This document shows positions 25,401-39,779 of a DNA stretch of 64,000 nucleotides, piece after piece. The DNA lies in assembly GCA_028023455.1 (NCBI GenBank), contig JAQFVV010000001.1, positions 34,658,001 through 34,722,000 of the forward strand, given 5' to 3'. The first letter of the stretch is position 1. The number at the start of each line of letters is the position of its first letter. The notes beneath the pieces are model-generated. The model was not told the DNA's origin. It saw nothing but the letters and a program-made list of their open reading frames with translations, and made no database searches. Origin of the DNA: Epiperipatus broadwayi (taxonomy: Eukaryota; Animalia; Onychophora). The position numbers and the translations under genes are program-made.

Positions 25401-28400
25401 TCAAAATCAGTTTGTTTCAGTAAAATGCATTATCCAAAACATACCTTTCAATATATGCTAAGGCATCACTAATCAATATTTCCTAAAAATTATTCTTAGC
25501 CATTATTAAATTTACTTTGTTCAATATATATACTATATCACCAAATTAATCTGAAATAAAGGTAGCTCTAAGCATAAGACATGCAAAAAACATTAGATTC
25601 AATGATCTCTTGTTACATGACATTTCTATATTCTACAGACAGCTAAACTAATTTCTTCCCAAGTGTTAATAGTGTAATTACTGACACTCCACCACCCAAT
25701 AATTTTATCAATACTATCACATAACCTATTTTTAAATAAAATTAACTACTGGCAAACGAAATTAAAAATAATAGTATATCTTATATTATAAAAAGGTTCA
25801 GATATTGGTGTCTGGAATTCAAATATCTGAACTTCTTAATAAAAATAAATGTTAAAACCCTACTAATTACCTTTTTTTCTATAAGTGTCACTTCACAAAT
25901 TTAGGTCTTATGGCCTCTGTCAGAAATGGAACACTTATAGATTGTTCCTCACTTCTTTCTTGCCTTACTCTTATCACTAACATGATTCATTCAAACTCAT
26001 TAACAATCTCAAAAAAATATGCTGTAACGGTCAGATTTATACATTCATGCAACAAAATCCACAGTTCTGGCAAATTATACCAAGGCTGATTTAGATGAGG
26101 GGTTGAGACCTTAAATCTGATCACACCTCAGTAAGATAATAAAAGTGCATTGGTATTTACACACGTCTTATAGTGATGAGAGGATTTCAAAACAAGTTCT
26201 CATCTATTATGCACTTTAAAGAGTATTGCAATTTTAATCTGTTTCTAATGCCTTAATTATGGTATGCCAATCCTACTAGATTTGCAATAGTTAAATCATG
26301 AGAATGGTAACTAATATAATTAATACCTTATTAATGAGCAATAAATGTGCTTTATGCAGATTGCATAATATAAGCTAAATCCTAGGTTTAGATCAATGCC
26401 TGAATGAATAATATGGAGGGCAAACTGATGACTTGTAGTATAACTTTTGAGACTGGCATTACATAAAATAAGATGTGGCCCAAATGTGCAGTTACTCATG
26501 GGATTCAGTCCCAAGTACTCTGTTCCCATGGACCGTATGACTTGCCAACTTAAAATAAGAGAACATTTAGTGTGGGTGATCAGAGCAGCTTATTAATCAA
26601 TCTGGACCCTCGTGTTCCAGTTCTAAAATAATGCGGTCCTTAAAACCAAAGCCCATTTTTAAAAGCTAAGAATAATGGGGTGGCCCTTAAAACCAAAGCC
26701 CATTTTAATAAAAGTATAATAGCAAGGTGTATACTGTAGCTTTGTGCTTTATAAAAACATTCTAACGCTTTCTACAATAAACATTTAAATTAATCGAGTG
26801 TGAAATTTATAGTTTCATTCTGCGAAACTACTATATGCCTGTTTGTAAATTAGCATACTTAAGTCATGCTAAAAGGTAATTATGAAATACCTAGTTTACT
26901 TAGTAATCCATATAGTTTGTGAGAATACTAAAGGGGGGTAGAGCATATTTGGGACTTAAAATTAACTAATTAATTATAATGTGCTTTAAAATATTCTCAT
27001 ACTTAACTAAACACATTTTAATAAGCAAACCTAAATTAAACAATAAGCTAAAACAGTAGCTTTAATATATATGTAATAAGAGTAGGTTTTCAGACTGGAG
27101 ATTTACATGATGTGCTAATCAATATAAATTAGCTACATGAGGGCATCTAATCTCAAAATTATGATTGCTATCAATCATTCTGAAGGGCATAAAATAAAAT
27201 TAACAAATATATAAAATAGATAGTAGCATGACTGCAGATCAGAAAGATAGATAAATAATAACTGATTACAGTTATGCTCAGGCAAGACTTACAAAGATTA
27301 CTATTAAAATAAAGTTACATAATTTACTTTTAAAAGTTTACAGATTATTAATTTGAACGTTCATCATTTAGCTAGCTTTAGAAATTAATTTAAGTTTGAT
27401 ATTTTATAGTACTCTGCAGAAGAAATTTTCCAATCTAGCTGAGTCACTTGATGCTGATGTTCTCCATTCTGGACCAATTCCCAGAAAAGGGAGGGACAAT
27501 GGTTGCTCTAGCTCACAGTTCTCACCAGAAAAATTTAATGAGTGCACCTTGTTTAGTTAATTTTGGGGGGTTTTATCAACTTTTTCTCGTACTTTCCTCA
27601 CAAGCCATTAAGATATTTACGATCTTTAGTTTCCAATTCTTAAATTTTAATGATGCAAATTAATTTTAGCAAAGACAAAAGATCAAGCTGTAATTATTGA
27701 CAAGCAGGACCAAGTTAATAATTTTGTCTTTGTTTTTAACATCTTTTAAATTTTGTTTTTCAGATTACCATTTAATGAAAAGTAATTCTGAGACATCTAT
27801 AACCTTTGATTCTTTTTATTTAAAAGAGATTTAAACTGTCAACATTCCATTATATACATAAGACAGACATCCCTGAATTTAAGAATTATATGTGAATACC
27901 AATGATTCTGTAAATTAAATAACTTAGAAGAAATTTAGAAAATCTGTAATGTTTATTAAATCTATTACATTACAGTTCACTTCGGATATATACATTGTCG
28001 TACTTTTACACAGAATGATGTCCACAACTTAAATTAATTTTAAAATTATAAATGTATTCATTATACGCATACAAACATTAACATAACTATTAGATATGTG
28101 CGCAGATACAAATACATTTAAATATACGCTCCTACTGATTAAAACAAATTATTGTAAGCTTATATATGTGAACTGGAGGGGAAGACTATGATGGCACATG
28201 AATGGACAAAGAATACTGTTTCAATGTAATGTTCTTCCAATATAAGAATTACTATATTCTTTTCACACTGGTTTGTAAGGTGCTATCCAGGTTTTAATCC
28301 CACATCTTACAATACTAAATTACTTAAAAAATTAAATAACATTAAGATCAAACCCATGCACCAGTTACATAGAATCTAACAACAACCTAGTGACTTGGCT

Positions 28401-28860
28401 ATTGAATATACTACTTAATATGTATTAGATATATATATATATTGATTATTGCTCAATTATATGAACATCTATCATGTTGCTTTTCTAATTGAAATCTCAT
28501 TTGTTTCAATAAAACAATCTCCAATGTATATATAGTAAACCTAATAAAGTTAATTAGATATTTTGCTTTATAATAAAATGTAATGTTAACAAAAAAAGAA
28601 ACAATATTTAAAACAGTAATGCAGAGACTGATAGAAAAAATTACAAATTGAGTTTACTTAGATCAATTGATACCAATGAAGGCAAATGGATTAAGAAATA
28701 TACAGGGGGGGGGGGGTTTCAGATAATATTGCTGTAAAGATTTTTAGAAAAATATAACTATTGCAATAATTTTAATCAGTGATTATAAAGATGCACAAAT
28801 TTTAAATGTAACTTGGGAAACAGCATAATGAATTGGTGTCAAATTCCTGTAGGAATTGTA

Positions 28861-28990
28861 TTGATAATGATTAATTAGAATTATAGCACAATAAAATTGA
28901 CATTGTTTTATTAACTTATATAATAATGTTGATAATGATTAATTAGAATTATAGCACAATAAAATTGACATTGTTTTATTAACTTATATA
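28861..28990. repeat. 68-bp perfect tandem duplication
   Basis: ttgataatgattaattagaattatagcacaataaaattgacattgttttattaacttatata occurs at 28861 and again at 28929. Confidence 0.85.
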
Positions 28991-30805
28991 ATAAATGTAC
29001 TTAGGTAATATATATGTATTAATAAGCTACTGTACTCTATATATTAGAAATAAATTAAATAAGCAAAAGTTATGGATTTATATTAAAAAGTTACAATTGT
29101 AACACAAGTTATGAATAGAAAACTACTTATGAAGTTTTATTCCCTTCATTTATTAAACAAAAGATATCTTGTTTCATTATCAATAGTTACTTTGATTAAA
29201 CTTGTCATTAGCAATTTTACACAAATTTGACTGCTCATTTAGAAAATGAATTTTTTTCAAACAAAACTTGTGTTTTTATCTTCAAAGTTGAATTCAGATT
29301 TTTAAAAAATAATTATAAACTTAGAATGGGAATCATTTTTTCAATGTAACCAAAATAAACTTTTCTGTTATTGTTGGTTTTTAGTTATATTTTCAAATAA
29401 TTTGCAATGAAGATTTGACATTTTTAATTTGCCAAATTATGCAATTCTTTAATGCTTACAGAATTTCTTTTTAGATTTGAGGAATTTAATGGGAAGACAA
29501 TTTTCATTTTAACTTATCAAAATTAGTTGTCAGAAATTTATTGCACTTGGAAAAACTTTATATACACTGTCATGCACTCAGTTAAACATAGCTTATATGC
29601 AAGTTATAATTGTGGTTCAAAGAACTAAATATTTTTAAATAGACATAATATTTTCATTTTGCTCACATCTGATAACTGAATTTTGCATTTAAATTACAAA
29701 TATAGACTTTTAATCTGCAGTGGATACCACTTAAGAAAAATATTCTTTAATGATAATTACAGTTCCAAATTTGATGGATTTTTTTTACTGTAAACATTGC
29801 TTACAAAAAAAATGTAATATATAAAAAAGGTAGAAATAAAGTAACCATAAATTACGAACAATGGAAAAGTAAAATTACTTTTATTTAGAATACAACTAAT
29901 ACTGTTTCTACCTGGAATCAATTGGTTGCTTTCTTTTAGGGAAAAAAACGGTATGTTTTTATAATAAATTAACTTTTATTTATGTAAACATTATTTACAA
30001 AAATTATAATATTTCTATTAAAAAATGAAAAAATAACCATAGATCATAGAAATAAAATTAATGTTTAGACTACAGAGGTATACTAAATCTCAAAAAGACT
30101 AACATTATGTGACTAAAATTTACACTAATTTGATTTTTTTCAAAATACATTGCATCCCTGGAAAGTTTTGAGATGGATACCTGCTCAATTTGAAAAGTTC
30201 TATAAAATTGAGACATGAATATATCTATAATATCACATTCTGCTTGTAATCATTGAAAATTAGGTCTAAAAAATATTAGTGACAGATTTTAACTTTAGAA
30301 ATGGCCATTCAATTTTTAAATCACTTGCATTTTTATTATTTGTTTTTGAACTGGCATTGCGAAAGTTTTCTTTTGTGTGCTTCCGGTCTATTTTTGGAAA
30401 GCTTCAAAATCTGCAACATTCTTTAATCAGATTACGAGTCTTGTTGAAGGAAGTAATAAAGAACTATAAATATCTACAAAAATATTAATTACAAACAAAA
30501 AATGATCAGCATAAAACAAATGTTACAGTGGTATTGGAAAGAGACAATGGTAGTGATGTGTTTAGACATTTTTTTCCTAATCATTTTAGAAAGGTGAAGA
30601 TATGCAGAAAATATGACTGATGTAAAATTATTAAAAGTATTAGGCTTGTATTCTACAAATCTTAAATAAATAAGAGGTAAAGAATTTAGGAATTGAATGT
30701 TCAGAGTAAATAACATTTAAATGAAAAATTTTAAATTACAAAGGACATTAATAACTGAAACACACTGGCTTATTATATACCTTAAGACATATGTTGAAAA
30801 GATAA

Positions 30806-30864
30806 ATAATCACCAATATACATATTTCATGCTAAACCAGCAGTCATCAGTTGGTCCAGATTAC
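30806..30864 (-). ncRNA. Type I hammerhead ribozyme, copy A
   Basis: Minus strand GTAATC-TGG-ACCAA CTGATGA CTGCTGGTTTAGCAT GAAA TATGTA TA TTGGT-GATTAT. The core is intact. The stem II closing pair is C/U. Confidence 0.8.
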
Positions 30865-31251
30865 CATCTCCACACATGCTATAAGTGCTCAGATATATCA
30901 TCATACTTTAATGGGCAGGCTTCAATAGCACTCCAACTCTTCAACCATCCATCCAATTGAAAATCTGATGATGGAATGCTCAAAGACCACCCTGAGGCCG
31001 AGATTCTTGTCACACTCATGCTGACCTAAGGTCAATCTGACCCCTCATGTACAGGATATAATCCATTTAATACATATACAATGGATGGGCAGATATCTCT
31101 ATGTAATAACTGAAACACATTTATTATATACCTGTGTCTATATATATATATATATATAGGGTATATGAGCACAGACTTTCACATGACTCATCACTCTCTA
31201 CACTATCTCATAACACTGATACACCTGAACACAGATATGTTTAAAAGATAA

Positions 31252-31310
31252 ATAATCACCAATATATGTATTTCATGCTAAACCAGCAATCATCAGTTGG
31301 TCCAGATTAC
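31252..31310 (-). ncRNA. Type I hammerhead ribozyme, copy B
   Basis: Minus strand GTAATC-TGG-ACCAA CTGATGA TTGCTGGTTTAGCAT GAAA TACATA TA TTGGT-GATTAT. Confidence 0.8.
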
Positions 31311-31789
31311 CATCACACATATGCTATAAGTGCTCAGATATATATTAAGATAGCCAATCCTCATACTTTAATGGACAGGCTTCAATCCATATGTGTGTTC
31401 AGGTGTATCAGTGTTATGAGATAATGTGGAAAGTGGTGGGTCGTGTGAAAGTCTGTGCTCATGTACCCTATATATTACATATATAGACAAGTATATAATA
31501 AGCCTGTGTGTTTCAGTTATTACATAGTAGAGATGTCTGCCCATCCCTTGTACATGTATTAAATGGATTATGTTCTGTACATGGGTGTGACAAGAATCTC
31601 GTCCTCAGGATGGCCTTTGAGCATTCCATCACCAGATTTTCAATTGGATGGACGGTTGGAGTGTGAAATAGATTGAAACCTGTCCATTAAAGGATGAGGA
31701 TTGTCTATCTTAATATATATCTGAGCACTTATAGCATATATGTGTGGAGATGGTATATTGGTGATTAGTTATCTTTTCTACATATATAT

Positions 31790-33753
31790 TTTAACGGTCA
31801 ATGAAATGAGCTTTAAACGTATCTGCACTACACGGGCGCCATCTAGGCGTTTGAACCTAGAAAAATTTATATAGTAGGCAGATACATAAGTTAAGATTCA
31901 AAAAAACATATATTTTATTCTGACCGTTTGCCCAAGGTCACTAGCTCGTAGAGTAGCAGAGATTTTAAACATTTTTATAAGTTTTAATAGATTTCTATTC
32001 TCGGAGTATATATTAAATATTTAGAACAATAAAAGAAGCCACTGCCAGTAATTAACACACAAATAGATTTTTATTAACGCACATTTAAAATTGAGGAATA
32101 AATTTATTTTTAGATTTTAACATTAATATTTTTTAAAATTTAAATTACTATTTCAAATAGATCGCACAGATGGATATTTAAATTATATTTTACTTTAGCA
32201 TGTCGAGCATAGATACGTCTACATAGATTTTTTTCACTTAAAAACTTATCAAAACATTCATTCAATCTCAGACTAAAAGTTCGTAACCAACCTAATGTCA
32301 GCTTCCAGATATATATTTGCAACCAATGTAATATGAAGATGCTAGCATAAAACCATGCAGACAGGAATGTGCAACTGACAGCATGATATTTGAAGGAAAT
32401 GGTCCATGTCCAGAACAGGAAAGTGCATCTGCCTGACTAAGGAATCATGCATATAATTATTTTTAAAGAGTGCTACATATGGGGGAGAGTGGTCTTTCTG
32501 CCGACTTATAAATTCCTGTCCATAGAGCTAGAAGGGGTTAATGGTGCAGGAAATACATCTGCAAACATTGCAATGATATGACTGCCTCTTTGGGGTCATG
32601 CATTCAGGTGGGCACATTGCCCTGTATGCTAAACACGCTTCACACTACATTAATATAAACACCCATATATCCTTGCACCAGCATCGCTCTAACTACGAAA
32701 CAAATAGCCTGAAATTAAAATCCCTTAAACTAAACATAGTTATTAATCCTTATCCATGCAGCTATCTACACCCAATTTTAAATTTAATACATTTTAGTTA
32801 GAATAGAAATAAATAACCTAGTTAAATACAAACATAAATAATTAAATTTAAAAAAATGGAAATGATTGAAATAGCAAACGTATATAAAAACAAATATTTA
32901 TAATTGATTTAGAGTTCTATTCTTTGTCAGATAAGAGTACATTCATTTATTTATTTATTTATTTTTGGATTGATTACTTACTTATTGATGTTATACGGTA
33001 ATTATTTAACAGAAAGTTCAATTGGTAAAAGTTTATACTTTACGGATTCTGATTTTGAGGTCCATCTTCGTGATCACTTATTTAGATTGTTTGTTCTTCC
33101 TTTTTAAAAACGAAGCTGCTACTTGCCATTCCTTTTTGGTCCCTAACTGTCATAGGGAGGTCTCAGCTGGTTGTCCGAAAATTAAATTTATTGCAGACTT
33201 TCACATTGTGAAAATCTGCAATATAGCTAGTTATAACGACATCTTCATAGTCAGCTCTCAGATAACAATTATAATAATAATTTGGCTTTTATATTTTTAT
33301 TAGTCTCTTATCATTCAATCTTTGGATTCAACCGGCAAGACGTCACTAATCCTCTGGTGTTTCAATTACGGTCCGTGCTGACATTTCTGGTGTTTGCATT
33401 GGTCATTTAATTTCTTTGTACTCTCTTATCTGACCCTTTAATTTATTTTAAATGCCTCAAGGGCCAGTTTGATTTTGAACAATCATTTAATTAATAAGCC
33501 AATCATTTCCATTTTCTAAGATTATAGAAATCAACATTATTTCTATTTTCAAAAATATCAAATCTTTACTTTTTTACAAAAAAAATTACTTTAAAATATT
33601 TTTATTTTTTTTTAAGTTGTCCATCATGCGATCTATATATATACGTTAAACAGTTTTTAAGTTAAGTTTTTTTCTTTTTAATAAATCAATTTTTATTTAT
33701 GATTTTTTATTTTAATTTTAAAATAATGTGACGGGATATTATATTCCGTTACA
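31790..33753. mobile_element. Solo-LTR-like element (1964 bp) nested in the retrozyme
   Basis: Ends are T(T)TAACGG...CCGTTACA, one substitution from TGTAACGG/CCGTTACA. ATAT lies on both sides (31786-89, 33754-57). It splits a retrozyme unit exactly and is richer in CpG than its flanks. TG..CA ends with a 4-bp TSD fit Gypsy-type LTRs. Confidence 0.6.
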
Positions 33754-36700
33754 ATATGTGTCAGGTGTATCAGTGTTATGAGATAGTGTGGAGAGTGGTG
33801 GGTCGTGTGAAAGTCTGTGCTCATATACCCTAAAGGACATTAATATAAGTAAATTGTTTCATTTAAAATCAATTTCTCTTTCTAGCAATAGGTAGATATA
33901 TTTCTTAATCACCAAGAATATAAGAACTTCATATAAATATATTAACATTATTTGAAGTTCCTGAGATCCAAAAAAAAAACACACACACATTTTCAATACA
34001 AAGTCAAAATTTACCACTATAAATTGAAGTAATGCCTTACATAAATATATTCTGTTGTTTATTGAGTTATTTAATTCATATTTTCTTAAAATTTCTGCTT
34101 TATGCTAAATTTTAAATGCAATAAAATTTATGATATATTAAGCCAACTAATCAATTATTTTTAAGTACAACTGATCTATGTTCACTCTTAATTCCTATGA
34201 TTACCAAAATCTAAGTTTAATTCAATGTAATAAAAATTTGTTCTGTATACTGTTTTATCTTTATTGATGATCATGTGTCATTATTTGATGTTTACATTAT
34301 TATTCATTAAGCATAACATTTTAAAAAGTAGAAGAGTTAATACAAGTTTAAAATGAAATATAAACTATATTAATTTTATAGAATGTACATTATTTAGAAG
34401 GAATTCATGACACAGTGGTTAGTGATTTCATCTACCATGTCCATTACGTGAAATTTAAGATTGAGATGACTGATTTAAGATTATTTTAGAAAGAATACCA
34501 CAACCAGTATAATTAGTCGACTAATGGTGGTCAATTAATAGATATCTATTTTAGATAAAGGTTAAAAGTTTCAAATTAATTCGAGTTAGTCACTTGTGTA
34601 TCGATGAACTGACTATTGCGTTTACCTAAATCTTGTATACTATTTGCACTAATTGGATTCTATTATAATTATTGTCAAATATTAAGGTAAAATGAAGTAC
34701 ACAAATTGTATTTACTAAAATAAGTGAAAAGAATTAGTTACATAAATAAACTTATTTTAAAAACATACAAAAAGTATATGTCATTATTTGTTTGTATGGA
34801 AGTTTTATTTCTAAATACTTCCTAAAACTAGTACGTGATCAAAGGCGGCTGTAACTAATTATAATATTTCAAATGAAGCCTTTTAAAATTAAGTTTTAAC
34901 TCCGAAGCAAGTTAGCCCTTAGGGAGAGCAGTTCTTTCACTTGATTTTATTTAAAAATTAATTCATTTTTATACATCAAAATTATAATATTTCTCTAAGT
35001 CTTAAATTGATTTGTCCTGTATTTTTTCTTTTCAGCAATGTTTAAAATTATATAATTAAAATGTAATTACTGTGTTTTTATTTTATTGCTATCTTATATA
35101 TATATATATTGGAAATAAATACAATTTTAAAAAAAAATGATAACGCTGCCGGAACTCTTAGCTGCAATTAAGATACTGCTTTTCAAACTCTAATATGTAT
35201 CTTCCAATTTAAATTATTGATTATTTCATACTTTTTTTGCATTCAAATCAATCAACCATCTATACACAATATATATATATATCAGCTGTAAATATTTCAC
35301 TATGGAATAATTTTTTTAAAAAAATGTAATTAAAACTTTTCTTTCATCTCTTAACATGACTTTCATATCTAGTTGAATCCAGTTCTATACAACTGTGCTT
35401 TGTATTGCCTTTATGCTATGTTTGAGAGGAAAAAATAGTGACAGCTGATCCACATGCGTTGCAACATCCCCAGAAAAAAATTAATTATTAAATTTGTGCT
35501 TGAACATATCAATAATATAATAATCATTCAATATTTTGCATAATTATTATGTAAATACAACTAATTAATTAAATCATTTTTTAAAAAAATTATTTTAAGC
35601 GATGCTTGAGATTCTTATTCAAATGCGCTGCTAATTATAGAAGTGCCAGAAACATCACTGGTGAATTTCAGGAAGTTCTATTGTAACTAGCATCATTGGA
35701 TCTTCTCACTGCCACAGCATCAACAGTTATTTAAGCATAGTATATTTATCTATTCTGATTTCGCTTCAGAGCGAATAAACTTTTGTTTTCATTTAGGATA
35801 AGCAATAAAATATTCTGTTTTTTTTTTTGTTTTTGTTTTTTTTTTTTGCTTACAATTAACATTTACAAGTTAACATATAAATATTTATCACAATGAATGT
35901 TAGTGTTGTTATATTCCCAATTGCCATTACATGAAAAAAATTGAAATAAAAGTTTATCTACTCCAGAAAATAAAAAATACATTAGATATTTTAACAATGA
36001 TTGCTATGGAAAAATAAAATGGTTATGTAGTTGCGAAATTAGAAATGCTCTGTTTTGTTTTCCTTGCTTATTTTTTAGTAATGGCACTATAACAAAACAT
36101 CCCTGCTTATAAATTTCATAGACCACCATTAATAAAAAAAATTGAGATTGTTTTAATGTTTTGCATTAATGAGTGACAATATTATATTAATAATTTTAAT
36201 GATAATACTTATTTTAGCCACTCCTTTGAACTAATTAAAACATTGATTATGTACTTCTGACCCAACAGCAATAGAATAAAAACTTGAACTTTGTTTCTTT
36301 TCATAACATAGTTCAAAGTAATACGACTAGAATATCCTCATCTTTTTATCTTTGTAATAATTAAATGTCTCTGTTTTTATCAAGCATCAGACTTGGTAAC
36401 TATAGCTTCTGATATGTTGGACTCAATGGTCATTTCGGTAAAAGAAATCTTATTAAGAAATTTAGAGTACATTATTGTTATTTTAAAGCTTGCCAAATTG
36501 TCAAAATATTTTTAATTTTAATAAAAACTGTAAGGACTGTTTGAGGAATGATTTTATAAAAATAAAATGAAAATGATTTGTCCAACCTTTAACCAAAGAA
36601 ATCTATTAACACTAACTAAAACTATTATCTAATTTTTTTTGTAGTTTACATTATACCATTTATTTATATATGATACAAATATATTGGCATTTGATAAAAG

Positions 36701-39700
36701 CTAAAAGAAAAAGTAAATTTAGCGATCTTATTAAAAGACGAAATTAAATTATTTTTTTAGTTTGTGTAATTTTTTTTTTTTAAAACGTACAATGAAAGTT
36801 ATATTTTGCGTTCATATTTTTTTTTATGTAATTAAAAATAAAAGTTAAAATTGGAAAGAATAAAAGACATGCAGATTACTAATCCAGATAAACTAAAGGA
36901 AAGAGAATTCCACTGGCAGATTACTAGTATCCAAACAAATAAAAAGAAAAATTCCGAAGTAAAAGATTACCATCATTAAAAAAAATTTTTTGAAGCTAAT
37001 CAAAGATGGCAGAATTATGCTGAAAAAAAAAAAGAACTTTGTAACAAGAAAGTGTGTACAAGATTATTAACTTGTATGCTGATAAAAGGACAAGAAAATA
37101 GATGTGCAGAGAAGTCTAAAAATGGATCACACGTATAAATGGTCAGAAAAACTTAAAACTGGGTCTTTGTCTTTTCCTTAACTAGCAGCTTCCATTAGGT
37201 CTGGGATAGAGAAAATATCCTATCCTGGACTATTCATATGCAGGACTACCACTACTCATATGCTGAGGTGAATTGTCATGTGGAGTGAAACCGATGCGTT
37301 TCAGATACCTTTCTTTGTATAAATCACTCAGAAAAATCATTGAGTCTAGCCACTAGGACAGGCCAAGAACCTAGTTAACTTCAATGGGCTCTTCAAAATG
37401 TGTCCTACAAAACTTACCGATAAAATTATTCATATCCCGATTGTGACTAAATTAAGCTTTTGCAAACAATCCTTCCTATAAGCTTATAATATTATTACTA
37501 ATAGAGACATTTGCAAAATTATCATTCAAAGAACTTCCTGGAAGAAACTTCAGTGAACTTCAGTTATTAAACTGTTTTAGTTGGTTGATTTAAGGTCTGG
37601 ATTAGCATGCGTGTATTCTTTCCAACTTATTAGTAATTTGTGTTTTTAATATTTTAATTTGTTACAATAAAATATTTATTTCTAATATCAACTATTCATT
37701 GTGCATTATTAATGAGAATTATTAAATTTATTAAGGTTAGTTTATTAGGATTTGACTGTATAATTTACCTTTGCCAATATTTGTTGATTAAGCCCTGGAA
37801 ATAATATTCTCTAAAAAAAAATTACAGGAAAGCATAACCCCAATCTTTTAGTTACTTGGGGTCAAAATTATGGGATACGAGGAAGTTAGGAGTTTGTTGA
37901 CTATGGTACTCTCTTATAAATTAAAATAATTTTGTCGGCAATTCTTGTCATAATAATTAGTAGGCCGGTTAATCAGGAAATATATCTATGTTTTTTTGGA
38001 AATAGGAACACGATATTTTCATATTCATGGCTTGATTAACTTTCACTTCATAGTGTGTAAAAAAAAGGGCCTACCAGAATCTACAAAAACAGGAAGAATG
38101 TTACAATATAAAAATTTTAAAGTAAAGAAATCATCTAAATTTATTATCAAAATACCATATTGGTAAATGGCAGATGCATTATACTCTTCAAAAATCCTGC
38201 CTTTATTAGTTGTATAATTACATCTATCATAATAAATATGAAATTCTTTTGTTTACATTTAAATTTTGTTCTATTTCTCTTTTCCCTTAATTTAAATTAC
38301 ATATCCTATAGATTTTTATATAAGTTTAATTTGAAGCTTGCTTCAGCATATATTGATCTTAATATTTGTTTGTAAACAGTTTAAATATTAATTATTGGAT
38401 CATGACAATAAGTCATTTGTTCAAAAATGGTAAAACTTGTTAATGGTACTGCTTTTAAAGTGAAAGATGTCTACTAAAGATTTTCTAGTTAAGATGAAAC
38501 AATCTTTTAAAGTCCAAGTCTGTAACTCTAAAGATTACAAAAGTAATATTTCTTACTTTTCTTTTATTTTTCATCAAATTTAAATATATATATATAGCCT
38601 TTTTTTTTTCTTTTAGATTCTTAATTATATTTAGCACTGTGTTCAATAAACATATATTGAAAATACTTGGACTAATTTTAGCATCTTCATTTTCATAATT
38701 GTAAGAAGAGCAGAACAAATCCTCTTATTACTTTAATTATTTGTGTTCATATAGTTCTAAACTAAAATAGTGTAAAATAATTTATTTTTTATAGTAGTAT
38801 CTGATTCTAGTATAATTAATTACTTTAGTTGCAGTTGATATAAAAAAATAGTGTGATCACAGCCAATGAGTGCAGATTTAACAAACCACAAGATTATGTA
38901 GATAAAATATAATATTTTTCGTTTGTTGGTAATATTTCTCATTTTACATAGAAATCTATAATTCAATACTAGTGCTATGAACGCATAGGATTGAATTACA
39001 GAATATTAACCAAACACACAATGTTTAAAATTAAGTTTGTATTACAATGTTGGATTTGATAAATCTATAGTGAGTTCCATCTTTTCTCTCTAACTATGAT
39101 CTCACAAAAAGAATCTAAGGCTTTTTATTATTTTATTTTGGCTTGCATTTATTCTTATTTTGTTTATGCATTATAATGGTTCATTACTAATATCTACATT
39201 AAGCAGCAGTTTTCAATGATTAAAAGCATTCATAAATTAGTTCTATATTTATATAATATTGAAAATCATGAATAATAATAGAAAAGGAAACTACTGCTGA
39301 AAAATTACTCCCTTTGTAGATGTTGTTACTAAAAAAAAGCCAAGAATATTTTCCAACAATGTTAAATACTTTGTTATGCTATGGTAGTATGAGAAATGAA
39401 AATCTGAAGCTTCAAGGATAAGTCACTATTGAACATATGAAATCTTGATGTGGAATTGGATTATTTATACATTTATGTCTTAAAAATTGATGAAATAAGT
39501 TTAACCGGGAGATTTTCAATCAGGGGGACATTTTTTTTTATTCAGGCCATGGATAATAAAGACAAAACAATGTGACTTTCATTGGTAGGAAGAATACTTG
39601 AAATGATTATCTGTCATTGGCTATAACCCTACAAATAACGTTAATATAAATCACATTAACATTACTATAATATCAGTCTATGTTCCAAAAACTCAGACAA

Positions 39701-39779
39701 ATAAAGAAAAAATATTTTTTATGATTAGGTATAGGGAGAATTTACAAAACTTGCAGTCAAAATATACTTTTATTAATTG

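Larger units (their letters stand above)
30754..33831. mobile_element. Composite retrozyme-like insertion: ~1.5 units in minus sense, inverted unit from 31388, interrupted by a solo-LTR-like element
   Basis: Flanked by the 14-bp direct repeat AAAGGACATTAATA (30740-30753, 33832-33845). Unit spacing is 446 bp between ribozyme copies. The inversion junction is at 31387/31388. 33754-33831 continues the unit broken at ~31789. Confidence 0.8.

Noticed and set aside
26165-26210. Hammerhead-like GTGATGA GAGGATTTC AAAA CAAGTT
   Set aside because: Both core boxes are mutated and no stem I pairing can be formed.
31921-31975. CORE-SINE/MIR-like GTGACCTTGGGCAA match (minus strand)
   Set aside because: Only ~14 matching bases, with no A box or CORE continuation.
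32520-32640. piggyBac end (GGGTTAA) and Cys-rich peptide
   Set aside because: There is no partner TTAACCC end, the Cys spacing is unconvincing, and it lies inside the solo-LTR-like element.
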